Shown here: positions 1 through 8,845 of the stretch, piece after piece
Layout: each line of letters opens with the position of its first letter
Position numbering within the stretch: position 1 is the first letter of the stretch
NCBI RefSeq assembly: GCF_900142125.1
Contig: NZ_FQZT01000012.1
Coordinates: forward strand, 27,965-51,964
Length of the DNA stretch: 24,000 nt
Direction of reading: 5' to 3'
DNA from: Malonomonas rubra DSM 5091
GTDB taxonomy: Bacteria; Desulfobacterota; Desulfuromonadia; Desulfuromonadales; Geopsychrobacteraceae
The notes under the pieces: model-generated
Told to the model about the DNA's origin: nothing
The model's input: the letters and a program-made list of their open reading frames with translations, nothing else
Database searches by the model: none
Made by a program: the position numbers and the translations under genes

Positions 1-903
1 AGGCGTAATGCCTCTCCCTTTCCAGTCAGCCATTTCAACACTATCGGGTGGAACACTTCCCCCAATGAAAGTGAAGCGCTCTTTCAAGTCATCAAATCTC
101 TTTCCGTCAGCGGCTACAGCATTGAGAAGATAGCGCATGGGAGGGTCGTTGGCACTGTACCCGACCAAAACGATATGGTAGAGGCGTGCGACATCATAAA
201 TAAAATCTGGCACGACCCGTCTTCTCAAATAGAACTCGCCAAAATCCTGATCAGTAAGTATCAAGTCCACATTTCGGGATGGATCAGAATCCAATGCACC
301 GTGGATATGTAAAACTCCGGAGAAGTCCTCTCTACGCCCAGGCCTTGGGATTCCTCCGAGGGTATATGTTTCAACTTTCTGACCTTGATTACGCGAGGCT
401 TTTTCCAACAGAAGATCGAAGTTGGTCGTTGCGATTGCCACAGCCCCACCACGATCAGACAAGCGCATAAGCGATCGATGAACCGGACTTGGCTTCGAGC
501 CTTTAGTAAGGAGTAGAGTTCTTACCGCTTGCCTGACCTTGCTTTTTGCGTGCGGGTCATTATCAATCCGACGTTCAAGTAAACCCAAAACGACATCATA
601 ATCTTTTTGAACAAACCTCCTCACCTCTGCTGATTGGCCTTCATTTAAAGTCGAAAGATCTGGCTGATAACAATCGGGAGCATTGGAAGGGATGATGGAG
701 ATAACTGCGTGAACTGCTTGATCTAGAATACTATACACCTGAAGCACTAAATCTCTAAAATCAGGTAACGTTGGCCGCGAGATACCGGCACCCGCAATAA
801 AAAGGACCTCACCTCTAGCGTGAGCCAGCAATAGCCTCTCTGGGATCGCTGGGAGGCCAGGTCCTAAAGGAATAATTCGATCGCTTGCTAGGCTTTTATT
901 CAT
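1..903 (-). CDS. SIR2-family (SIR2_2 / ThsA-DSR-like) NAD-binding domain protein; N-terminal 301 aa, C-terminus outside the window
   Basis: Absent from the ORF track because it runs off the window. ATG at 903-901. I checked every in-frame triplet down to nt 1 and found no stop. The translation begins MNKSLASDRIIPLGPGLPAIPERLLLAHARGEVLFIAGAGISRPTLPDF. Later segments are AIATTNFDLLLE, GVLHIHGALD and IVLVGYSANDPPMRYLL. These carry the GAGxS, TTNxD, HxHG and VGYSxxD motifs typical of defence-type sirtuin domains. Confidence 0.75.
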   Translation of the reverse strand, partial: MNKSLASDRIIPLGPGLPAIPERLLLAHARGEVLFIAGAGISRPTLPDFRDLVLQVYSILDQAVHAVISIIPSNAPDCYQPDLSTLNEGQSAEVRRFVQKDYDVVLGLLERRIDNDPHAKSKVRQAVRTLLLTKGSKPSPVHRSLMRLSDRGGAVAIATTNFDLLLEKASRNQGQKVETYTLGGIPRPGRREDFSGVLHIHGALDSDPSRNVDLILTDQDFGEFYLRRRVVPDFIYDVARLYHIVLVGYSANDPPMRYLLNAVAADGKRFDDLKERFTFIGGSVPPDSVEMADWKGRGITP

Positions 904-971
904 TACATTTCACCGACTTAACATACAGACAACAGAGACGACAGATATCCGCCATGCCTACATCTGTTGCG

Positions 972-1952
972 TCAATAAACCATCTCATCCCTTGAATCAT
1001 GCCAATGTGGATTTATCTTTCCGTCTTTGAGCGGTGTGTTGTCCTCTATTGGGCCGATAATCGCTTCAAGCTTTTCACGCCACCCCTTGCGCGAATACCA
1101 GTTACGCACCTTCAATGCTTCTTCAGAATCAGCAACCGAGCGGCTTTCTGCTGCAGTAAAAATGTAATCTTCTGGATACCAGCCGACATGAGAGCGATGT
1201 TCCATCAGGGGCCCAGGAAAAATCTGCCCTTCCATAATTGCCTCAATCTCATCGGCCTCCATGACACAGCCTTTGAAGTAGATGCCGAGCATGTGCGCGA
1301 TTAGCGTTTTGGCCTTAAGCTGCATTCGCGTGCGTTCGTAGCCCCAGTAAATCTGGTCTCCTAGTGGGTAGTAGCGCCAGATAGAATCTTGGCAGCAGTC
1401 GCCCCAATGATCGAGTTCCACCCTGAACAAAAGAGCGATAAAAAAACAATCACAAGGGCCGTGTGACTCGATACTTTTCTGCAATTTGTCTTCTGGTCGT
1501 TTAATCGCGAATCCTTGAATAGCAACACCTGACTTTTTCAGCTCAAGCAAAAAATCTATATAGCTTGACAAGTCGTCGTTGTGACCGAGATAGGGGTATA
1601 TTGGCACATCCTTACCATCCAACCAGTCCCGCTGAACACCAAAACTGTCACAAGTTGTTTGCAGCAATTTTTCGTTGAGAGCTTGGAGCAACTTTTCGTC
1701 GGTACTAACGTCGACAAGCGAAAGCCCGCCCTCCTCTCCGAGAAACCTTGGAATCTGGGTTCGCTCTATGCCATGTGACTTGTATATCTGCACAAATCGT
1801 TCAACCAGAGAAAACACTTCACTAGTTTTGGGCTGTTCTTCTTGTTGATTTTGCCCGACTAATGATTCGGCTGATTTTCTAGTTACCCATCGCCAAAAAG
1901 CGTATATGCCCCCAATCACAGCAAATAAAGAAGCGATTGTTTCAAGCATCAC
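972..1952 (-). CDS. Hypothetical membrane-anchored protein (326 aa), no recognisable family
   Basis: ORF-track ORF. Its start (GTGATG at 1952-1947) overlaps the hsdS stop TGA (1951-1949), implying translational coupling. The N-terminal hydrophobic helix LETIASLFAVIGGIYAFWRWV is followed by a Q/E-rich linker and a soluble part of about 280 aa rich in Trp/Tyr/Cys. I recognise no catalytic motif. Confidence 0.7.
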   Translation of the reverse strand: MMLETIASLFAVIGGIYAFWRWVTRKSAESLVGQNQQEEQPKTSEVFSLVERFVQIYKSHGIERTQIPRFLGEEGGLSLVDVSTDEKLLQALNEKLLQTTCDSFGVQRDWLDGKDVPIYPYLGHNDDLSSYIDFLLELKKSGVAIQGFAIKRPEDKLQKSIESHGPCDCFFIALLFRVELDHWGDCCQDSIWRYYPLGDQIYWGYERTRMQLKAKTLIAHMLGIYFKGCVMEADEIEAIMEGQIFPGPLMEHRSHVGWYPEDYIFTAAESRSVADSEEALKVRNWYSRKGWREKLEAIIGPIEDNTPLKDGKINPHWHDSRDEMVY

Positions 1953-3664
1953 GCCACCAAAAGCTGCCGAACGGTAGCTTCCAAAAGTTTTTCGCTGTGC
2001 TGCTCGGTTTGGTTGAGCTTAACTTCGAGTTCGTCGCAAAGGGACATAAGTTGATCAACCTTGGCAACGATGCGTTTTTGCTCCGAGGTAGAGGGGACTG
2101 GCACCTCTATCGCTTTAATTTTGCCAATATATAAGCATGGCTGTGCAGACTGTTTAACATTGCCCCAAATTTGATTTTGCCCAACAGGGCTACGAAGCAA
2201 AACCGATAGGTACTCAGGCAAAATCCCTGGAGTAAACGGGCGGATTAAAGCAACACTCCTGACTAAAACGAAGTCTTCAGGGTCTTTGATTACAGTCAAA
2301 CGACCAGTGGTCGCTCCGACACACACCATCAAAATATCATCATGTCTCGGGTAGCACCTTCTCCAACATTTTTCTGCTGTTTCTTCGGATACAAAATCCG
2401 TGACTCGCAGATCAACATACCCATCCCTTATATTTTTTGCTGTTGCCAAAGGCACTCCTGAAGCAACTCTCGGAGGCGTCGAATGCTCCCCATCTGTAAC
2501 TAGCAACGTCACATCCTGAAAACGTGACCATACCCAACCATCTGGAACTGGATGCAGAAGACCCTCAACCTCAGGAAGCGTTTTGTCCTTCTTAATAGCC
2601 TTCTCCTTAACCAGCCTCTCCTTTTCAGCCTTAATCCTTTTCAGCAAAACCGAAGCAGGCTCATCGTTGGGATCTTGGGGGACGAGCTTGCCCTGAACTG
2701 CGAGCTGGAGGATGGCTGCGCGGAGTTTGGCGATGGTTTCGGGGTGGTCGTAGAGCAGGTCGAAGTTGGTGCTGATGCGCTGCCAGTGGTCGGCGAATTC
2801 GTCGGGTTCGCGGGCGGTGAGCAGTGCGTCGAGGGCGGCGTTGTTGAGGCGCACCCGCCCCTGCTGCTGCATTTGCTGGCGATCTTCGAGTTCGTCGCAC
2901 AGGGCCATGAGTTGGTCGACCTTGGCGACTATGCGTTTTTGTTCTTCGAGGGGTGGGAGAGGGATCGGAACTTCATTTGCCCTCGAAATTGTCAGCGTAT
3001 GAACCGTGGTCCCCATGCTTTCTTTATGAATCGTATCAATCCAATATGGAGTCCTCAGAAGACAACTTAGGAACCGAGAATATAAACCATAGTGGTTTTT
3101 AAAAATCAGAACGCTCGCGTCCTTGAAGTAAAATCTGTCTGAGTTTTTGACTATATACGGGATGCCAATCGTTCCAACCCCAGTGATCATCAGGTCGTTT
3201 TCTTCTGGCACTAATCCACCATTTGACAACTCCTGAAACAATTCCTCAGAAATAAAAAGCTCATTATTCACAGTTCCGAACTGTGAGAGTTTGACTATCT
3301 CTCTCGCCCTAAGAAAAGGGACCCCCTTGCTTTTCCAATCTTTTTTATGAACTCGACTGCTTGAGCCAATCAACCCCAGCGCACCAAATCTGCACCACTC
3401 CCATGCCCTTGGAAGCTCGAAAGGGATACCATCCTCGGAGATAGGAGGTAGAGTCTTGGGTGGCTTTATTCTTCCCTCAGTTACAAGTCTTTCTTTTGCA
3501 ATCTTAATTTTCTCCAGCAAAACAGAAGCAGGCTCATCGCTCGGATCTTGCGGCACTAGCTTCCCCTGCACCGCAAGCTGAAGAATCAACTCCCGCAGCT
3601 TTTGCACCCCGTTGGGCGCATCGACCAGATGTCCAAAATTGGCAAAGAACGTCTCGGCGGTCAT
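1949..3664 (-). CDS. hsdS: Type I restriction-modification specificity subunit HsdS (two target-recognition domains)
   Basis: 571 aa. Duplicated conserved helices ILQLAVQGKLVPQDP[S/N]DEPASVLL and [E/S]EQKRIVAKVDQLM[A/S]LCDELE flank two divergent TRDs. There is a 4-nt overlap with hsdM. Confidence 0.9.
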   Translation of the reverse strand: MTAETFFANFGHLVDAPNGVQKLRELILQLAVQGKLVPQDPSDEPASVLLEKIKIAKERLVTEGRIKPPKTLPPISEDGIPFELPRAWEWCRFGALGLIGSSSRVHKKDWKSKGVPFLRAREIVKLSQFGTVNNELFISEELFQELSNGGLVPEENDLMITGVGTIGIPYIVKNSDRFYFKDASVLIFKNHYGLYSRFLSCLLRTPYWIDTIHKESMGTTVHTLTISRANEVPIPLPPLEEQKRIVAKVDQLMALCDELEDRQQMQQQGRVRLNNAALDALLTAREPDEFADHWQRISTNFDLLYDHPETIAKLRAAILQLAVQGKLVPQDPNDEPASVLLKRIKAEKERLVKEKAIKKDKTLPEVEGLLHPVPDGWVWSRFQDVTLLVTDGEHSTPPRVASGVPLATAKNIRDGYVDLRVTDFVSEETAEKCWRRCYPRHDDILMVCVGATTGRLTVIKDPEDFVLVRSVALIRPFTPGILPEYLSVLLRSPVGQNQIWGNVKQSAQPCLYIGKIKAIEVPVPSTSEQKRIVAKVDQLMSLCDELEVKLNQTEQHSEKLLEATVRQLLVA

Positions 3665-5130
3665 GCCGACTCCCCCGCCGCATCGGTAGCCCGCTCCAAC
3701 GCATCCATCAACTCCTGCTTCAGCTTTTCACGAGTCTCGGAAACACTGGCGAGCAGTGTTTTATACTCGGCCAGCAGCTCTTCGGGATCGCCGTGGTCAG
3801 CCTCGACGGTGTTGGGGTTCTTGATATCGAGGTTGTAGCCGTTGACCTTGATCTGTTCGACCGAAACCTTCCACGCCTGCTCGCTCTCCACCCGGTTCTG
3901 CCACCATGCCTTCTCGGGCGCGAACTCTTCGATGCGCATCGGCTTGGTCTTGGAGTAGCTCTTGTACCCTTCGGGATAGGGGTGCTCGTAGTACCAGACC
4001 TCCTTGGTCGGCTCCCCCTTGGTGAAGAACAGCAGGTTGGTCTTGATGCCGGTGTAGGGGTTGAATACACCGTTGGGCAGACGTACCACGGTGTGCAGGT
4101 TGCAATCTTCGAGCAGCTTTTCTTTGATACGGGTCTTGACGCCTTCACCGAACAGGGTGCCGTCGGGCAGAACGATGGCGGCACGACCACCAGTTTTGAG
4201 CAGGTGCATGATCAGCACCAGGAACAGGTCGGCGGTTTCACGGGTACGGAAGCTGGCCGGGAAATTGGCCTCGATGCCGTCCTCTTCGGTGCCACCGAAC
4301 GGAGGGTTGGTGACCACCACATCAACTCGATCCTTGGGGCCATAATCACGTAGGGGGCGCGACAGGGTGTTGTCGTGACGGATGTTGGACGGCACTTCGA
4401 CACCGTGCAGCAGCATGTTGGTGGTGCAGAGCAGATGCGGCAGAGCTTTTTTCTCAACGCCGAAGACCGATTTCTGCAAAAGCTGCTCATCCTCAGCGGT
4501 CTTCACGTAATTGCCGCGTACATGTTCGATGGAACAGGAGAGGAAGCCGCCGGTGCCGCAGGCCGGATCGAGGAGCTTCTCACCGAGTTTCGGATCGACC
4601 ATGTCGACCATGAACTGGGTGACGGCACGCGGAGTGTAGAACTCCCCGGCGTTGCCCGCGCTCTGCAAGTCCTTGAGGATCTGCTCGTAGATGTCGCCGA
4701 AAGTATGGCGGTCGGTGGAGCGGTTGAAGTCGATCTCGTTGATCTTGTTGACCACCTGACGGATGAGGGTGCCGTTCTTCATGTAGTTGTAGGCATCCTC
4801 GAATACCGAGCGCACCACCAGGCCGCGCCCGTTGGTTCCGGCGTTCAGCTCCAGCTCCTTGAGGCTCTTGAACAGGTCGTTGTTGATAAAGTCGAGCAGT
4901 TCGTCGCCGGTAATTCCTTCGCTATCGGCAGCCCAATTGCGCCAGCGCAGTTGCTCGGGGATGGGAGAGCTGTATTCGTCGGAGAGGAGTTCCAGCTCCT
5001 GCTCCTGATCATCGAAAATTTTCAGAAAGAACATCCAGACAAGCTGGCCAATCCGCTGCGCATCGCCGTCAACCCCGGCGTCCTTGCGCATAATGTCCTG
5101 GATGGATTTGATGGTGGTGGATACTGACAT
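3661..5130 (-). CDS. hsdM: Type I restriction-modification N6-adenine DNA methyltransferase subunit HsdM
   Basis: 489 aa. SAM-binding motif I is LDPACGTGGFL and catalytic motif IV is VVTNPPFGG. The N-terminus is HsdM_N-like. AAGGAG Shine-Dalgarno sequence (SD) lies just upstream, overlapping the hsdR stop. Confidence 0.95.
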   Translation of the reverse strand: MSVSTTIKSIQDIMRKDAGVDGDAQRIGQLVWMFFLKIFDDQEQELELLSDEYSSPIPEQLRWRNWAADSEGITGDELLDFINNDLFKSLKELELNAGTNGRGLVVRSVFEDAYNYMKNGTLIRQVVNKINEIDFNRSTDRHTFGDIYEQILKDLQSAGNAGEFYTPRAVTQFMVDMVDPKLGEKLLDPACGTGGFLSCSIEHVRGNYVKTAEDEQLLQKSVFGVEKKALPHLLCTTNMLLHGVEVPSNIRHDNTLSRPLRDYGPKDRVDVVVTNPPFGGTEEDGIEANFPASFRTRETADLFLVLIMHLLKTGGRAAIVLPDGTLFGEGVKTRIKEKLLEDCNLHTVVRLPNGVFNPYTGIKTNLLFFTKGEPTKEVWYYEHPYPEGYKSYSKTKPMRIEEFAPEKAWWQNRVESEQAWKVSVEQIKVNGYNLDIKNPNTVEADHGDPEELLAEYKTLLASVSETREKLKQELMDALERATDAAGESA

Positions 5131-5146
5131 ATTGGAAAGTTACTCC

Positions 5147-7495
5147 TTATCCTGCGGTTCCATAGAGTTGTTGTTCGAGCTCACGTAGAGCAAGTTCAAA
5201 CTGTTTACGGCCGCCAAATTGCCGAACGATCTCAATCGGCGTACCGAATCTGTCGAGCGGCTGAACACGTAGCACCTTGAGATCTTCGATGCTTTCCACG
5301 CCCTCATCGGCATACTTATCGAGCAACGCGTCTAATACCGCTTTGGCCTGCTCGCCGTACTTTGCAAAGTAATTTCGTTTGCGGACATTCTCCGCACGTT
5401 CGCGCCTTGTCAGTGGCGGCTGGTCGAAAGCAACATGGCAAATCAAATCGAAAGGTCCGAAGTCCTTTCCGACCTCATCTGCCAGGGCATCCCAGAGGAT
5501 TCCCTCTTCTGCGAGTTCATCAATAACTGCCTGTTTCTTATCTGCCTCACTCCAGTGACGGATAAAGTCACGCAGAGTCTTAAATTCCTTTGCTACAGTC
5601 TTTTTGGTGTAGTCCTTGAGCGATTCGGTAATCAACTTGCCATCTGGGCCGTAGTATTGGACCCGCTCAGCAACCACATAAAAAGGAACATCGCCAACGA
5701 CATATTTCTTGCGCGGCTCAGGCTCTGGCCCGTCGCCAGGGGGAATAGGCGGAGGTTCAGGATGATCAGGGGGCTCACCATCTTCTGGTGGTTCTGGTGG
5801 AACAGGAGGGTCATCTGGACCAGGCTCGTAGATTTGCACCGGGTCACCATCAAAATCGGGATCGGCAAATAACTCTGTCGCCTTTTTGAAGTCGATGATG
5901 GTGAAGTAATACTTGTCGTAATCCTCGTTGATACGGGTACCACGACCGATGATCTGTTTAAAGGTTGTCATCGAGTTGATGGTCTGGTCGAGGACAATCA
6001 GTTTGCAGGTCTGGGCATCAACCCCCGTGTTCATCAGTCGGGAAGTCGTTGCAATCACCGGGTAGCGACTTTCTGGGTCGATAAAATTGTCGAGCTCCAT
6101 CTTGCCGAGATTGTCATCTCCGGTGATTTTCATCACGTACTTGCTGTTTTCTGCGGCGAGATCCTTGTTCGCGTTGACCAGTTCCTGCCGCATCCGCTCG
6201 GCGTGATCTATATCTTCACAAAAGACGATAGTCTTATCGAAACGGTTACTGGCCTTGAGGAATGCTGTGATCTTCTGCGCCACCAGTCGGGTGCGCAGCT
6301 CCATCACCAGCTCCCTGTCCATATCTTTGAGGTTGTAGATCCGGTCAGGGATTAGGTTGCCACTCCTGTCAACCTGGCCAGATTCAGGTCGCCAACCCTG
6401 AAGGTCTTTATCGAGATCGATCCGCACCACCTTGTAGGGAGCGAGGAAGCCATCATCGATTCCCTGCCGAAGGGAATATGTGTAGACCGGTTCGCCGAAG
6501 TAGTGAATATTGCTAACGTCCTTTGTTTCCTTCGGGGTTGCAGTCAAACCGACATGCGTGGCAGTGGAGAAATAATCGAGAATCTCCCGCCATGCAGAAT
6601 CTTCGGCGGCGCTGCCACGATGACATTCGTCGATCACCACCAAGTCGAAGAAATCTGGGGAGAACTGCTTGTAGATATTTTTTTCTTCCTCGTTGCCGGT
6701 CACCGCCTGATAGAGAGACAGGTAGATCTCGTATGACTTGTCGGCCTGACGCTTTTCGATCTTGGTCATTGCCGGACCAAACGGTTTGAAGTCGTTAGTC
6801 TTGGTCTGGTCGACAAGGATATTGCGGTCAGCAAGGAAGAGGATGCGTTTCTTGGTGCGAGACTTCCACAGACGCCAGATGATCTGGAATGCAGTATAGG
6901 TTTTTCCGGTTCCGGTAGCCATGACCAAAAGCAGCCGGTTTTGCCCCTTGGCTATGGCCTCAACCGTGCGATTAATGGCGACCCGCTGGTAGTAACGTGG
7001 TTCTTTTCCACTGCCGTCGGCATAATAGGGCTGCTCGACGACATCTTCAACCGAAGGCCCTATTTTCTTCCACTGCTTATAACGTTGCCAAAGGTCTGCT
7101 GGTGACGGGAACTGTTCGAGAGAGAGTTGCTGCTCTACTGAGTCAGACAGCCCTGTACGATCATGAAAAAGAAATCCATCTCCGTTGGAGCTGAACGCGA
7201 AAGGCACATCGAGGATCTCGGCATAGTCGAGTGCCTGCTGCATGCCGTGTCCGATACTGTGAGTATTATCTTTCGCCTCGATAATGGCGATAGGTTGGTT
7301 CGGTTTGTGGTAAAGGACGTAATCGGCGCGCTTGGCCTTGCCACGGGAATGCAGCTTGCCGCGGACAATGATGCGCCCAGCCGTAAATGTGACCTCTTCG
7401 CGAACCTGCGTGTGGGTATCCCAGCCGGAAGAGAGGACTGCCGGGAGAATGAACTTGGTGCAGATATCGCGCTCAGACAGGTCTTTCTTCGACAT
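5147..7495 (-). CDS. hsdR: Type I restriction enzyme endonuclease/translocase subunit HsdR (EcoEI/EcoAI-like, family IB-type C-terminal domain)
   Basis: 782 aa. The N-terminal PD-(D/E)xK nuclease motif is ADYVLY...IAIIEAKD. Walker A is [11 protein letters not shown] and the DEAH box is VIDECHR, followed by helicase C motifs. After a Pro/Glu-rich linker, the C-terminal roughly 170 aa resemble the EcoEI_R_C domain. Confidence 0.93.
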   Translation of the reverse strand: MSKKDLSERDICTKFILPAVLSSGWDTHTQVREEVTFTAGRIIVRGKLHSRGKAKRADYVLYHKPNQPIAIIEAKDNTHSIGHGMQQALDYAEILDVPFAFSSNGDGFLFHDRTGLSDSVEQQLSLEQFPSPADLWQRYKQWKKIGPSVEDVVEQPYYADGSGKEPRYYQRVAINRTVEAIAKGQNRLLLVMATGTGKTYTAFQIIWRLWKSRTKKRILFLADRNILVDQTKTNDFKPFGPAMTKIEKRQADKSYEIYLSLYQAVTGNEEEKNIYKQFSPDFFDLVVIDECHRGSAAEDSAWREILDYFSTATHVGLTATPKETKDVSNIHYFGEPVYTYSLRQGIDDGFLAPYKVVRIDLDKDLQGWRPESGQVDRSGNLIPDRIYNLKDMDRELVMELRTRLVAQKITAFLKASNRFDKTIVFCEDIDHAERMRQELVNANKDLAAENSKYVMKITGDDNLGKMELDNFIDPESRYPVIATTSRLMNTGVDAQTCKLIVLDQTINSMTTFKQIIGRGTRINEDYDKYYFTIIDFKKATELFADPDFDGDPVQIYEPGPDDPPVPPEPPEDGEPPDHPEPPPIPPGDGPEPEPRKKYVVGDVPFYVVAERVQYYGPDGKLITESLKDYTKKTVAKEFKTLRDFIRHWSEADKKQAVIDELAEEGILWDALADEVGKDFGPFDLICHVAFDQPPLTRRERAENVRKRNYFAKYGEQAKAVLDALLDKYADEGVESIEDLKVLRVQPLDRFGTPIEIVRQFGGRKQFELALRELEQQLYGTAG

Positions 7496-7643
7496 TGCAA
7501 CCCCCCACTGATAAGCAATCTACCGATCATAGCGAAATCACATTGGTTTTACCATCTCTATATTGGCTGTGTTCCTCTCTACAGATTTCATCGGCGCCCC
7601 TCTTTGAAACTCGCAAATAACATCAATGGCATCTACCGGAGTT

Positions 7644-7770
7644 CAAATGGAATCCATCTGGACTCCACTTCCGGACATTTTCCAATTGTGCGCAGTACAG
7701 CTCGGCAAAGTGGAATCCAATTGCAATCCAAATGGATTCCATTCTGCGATTCCACAACTATCGATTCCGG
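7644..7770. repeat. Phased array of the 9-bp palindrome TGGANTCCA (candidate operator or iteron cluster) upstream of hsdR
   Basis: Copies are TGGAATCCA 7648-7656, TGGACTCCA 7659-7667, TGGAATCCA 7711-7719, TGCAATCCA 7722-7730 and TGGATTCCA 7733-7741. Degenerate copies end at 7754 and 7769. Start-to-start spacing within clusters is 11 bp and between clusters 63 bp, so all copies lie on the same helical face. Three copies share the longer unit CAAA(N)TGGA(A/T)TCCA. Confidence 0.55.
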
Positions 7771-8162
7771 CAATAACCACAGCTCAGCGTTGACCATTTT
7801 CGCGCCGGCGTGGGGCAGCGCCTACGGGAGCCCCCCAAACCGTACCCTTGCCGCTCAAAAAAATAGGTACGCAAGAAAATAATTACTATAATTCAGAAGG
7901 TTAAGTCGTCTTTCCCGGAATGGAAATTAGCAAAAATCGACCCGTGAACCAAATTTAAAAAAGGCGCCTAAAGCCGCTTTTTCAATCTGCAGAGCTTAAA
8001 AGTGGGATGCTATTATGTCCCCATCATAGCTGCCGGGGATACGGTATCGTCCGCATAGACCAAGGGCATCGACCCTACGGTTTCATCTCACGCAGTAAAC
8101 GATTAGGTAGCTGGCCGAATAAACAGCCTGAACTCATGGCGAATTAGACCGCCTCAAACTCA

Positions 8163-8750
8163 GAGTGGCAGGACCACTCGACCAAACACGCTGCAGTCCG
8201 GACCTACACATGGGTTCGGGCTGCAGCACTAAAACATGGATGCAAGTGCATCCAACAACCAGAAGCCGACGCACTTCTGGTTTACATAGCCCACCTATAT
8301 CGTCTGGGCACTACGGCGAGAATCCCCATCAGTAATCAACGCTGAGCTCTCGCCCGAAAAGATTTCTGCTGCGAGCCCCTCGCTACAGAAAGTTACGTGG
8401 TCGATTCAGGGAAGATGACACAGTCCGAATCAAGCCACTATAAACAGACCGCACTGGTGGCGATAAGTTGCCTTCGGTCACCACCCTCCTGCCTTCCCAT
8501 CCGACGCTGCGACATTCTCGGCATTTGCCGTTCCCATTAGGCGCAGCGTCACCGTCTTGAAAATCCTGCCTTTATGTCCCGGAACCGTTAGGTTCGGACA
8601 CTTTGGCAATGCGATGCGTCATCGCATTATGAAGCTTCGGCATTGGTTGTAACAACTGACGCCCGCGCCTCCCTTGCCTATCTATTTATTTAGATAGGAG
8701 CAATGGCGTTAAGGCTTCGTAGGGGACCTGCCTGGGAGACTCCTGTCTCC
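8163..8750 (+). other. Hairpin-dense ORF-free segment; candidate structured RNA, long 5' leader or cis-acting DNA site cluster
   Basis: No ORF of 60 aa or more in any frame between 7883 and 8690. Stem-loops found by eye:
- 8163-8179: GAGTGG/CCACTC.
- 8191-8226: 14 bp including 2 G.U pairs.
- 8238-8253: GGATGCA/TGCATCC.
- 8259-8280: CCAGAAG/CTTCTGG.
- 8503-8550: GACGCTGCG/CGCAGCGTC, enclosing CGGC-ATTT-GCCG.
- 8575-8600: imperfect, GTTA loop.
- 8608-8628: AATGCGATG/CATCGCATT.
- 8677-8698: CCTATCTA/TAGATAGG.
- 8735-8750: GGAGAC/GTCTCC.
The G.U pairs in 8191-8226 would be A.C mismatches on the minus strand, so the plus strand is weakly favoured. Confidence 0.3.
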
Positions 8751-8845
8751 AACGTGATCGGCCGTAGCCATCTCAACATTAAGTTGACCTTGAAAGAAAA
8801 GGAAACAGGCGTCGAAAAAACGAATTTGAACAAAGGAGAACGGAA

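Noticed and set aside
7163-7882. 239-aa plus-strand ORF spanning the hsdR 5' end and the upstream spacer
   Set aside because: It starts antisense inside hsdR and has no internal Met after the overlap. Its sequence is not protein-like (runs of S/R/N). The part outside hsdR is better explained by the TGGANTCCA repeat array.
7955-7990. Possible terminator AAAAAAGGCGCCTAAAGCCGCTTTTT
   Set aside because: The apparent stem is only the GGCGCC palindrome plus 3 bp. No stable hairpin precedes the T-run.
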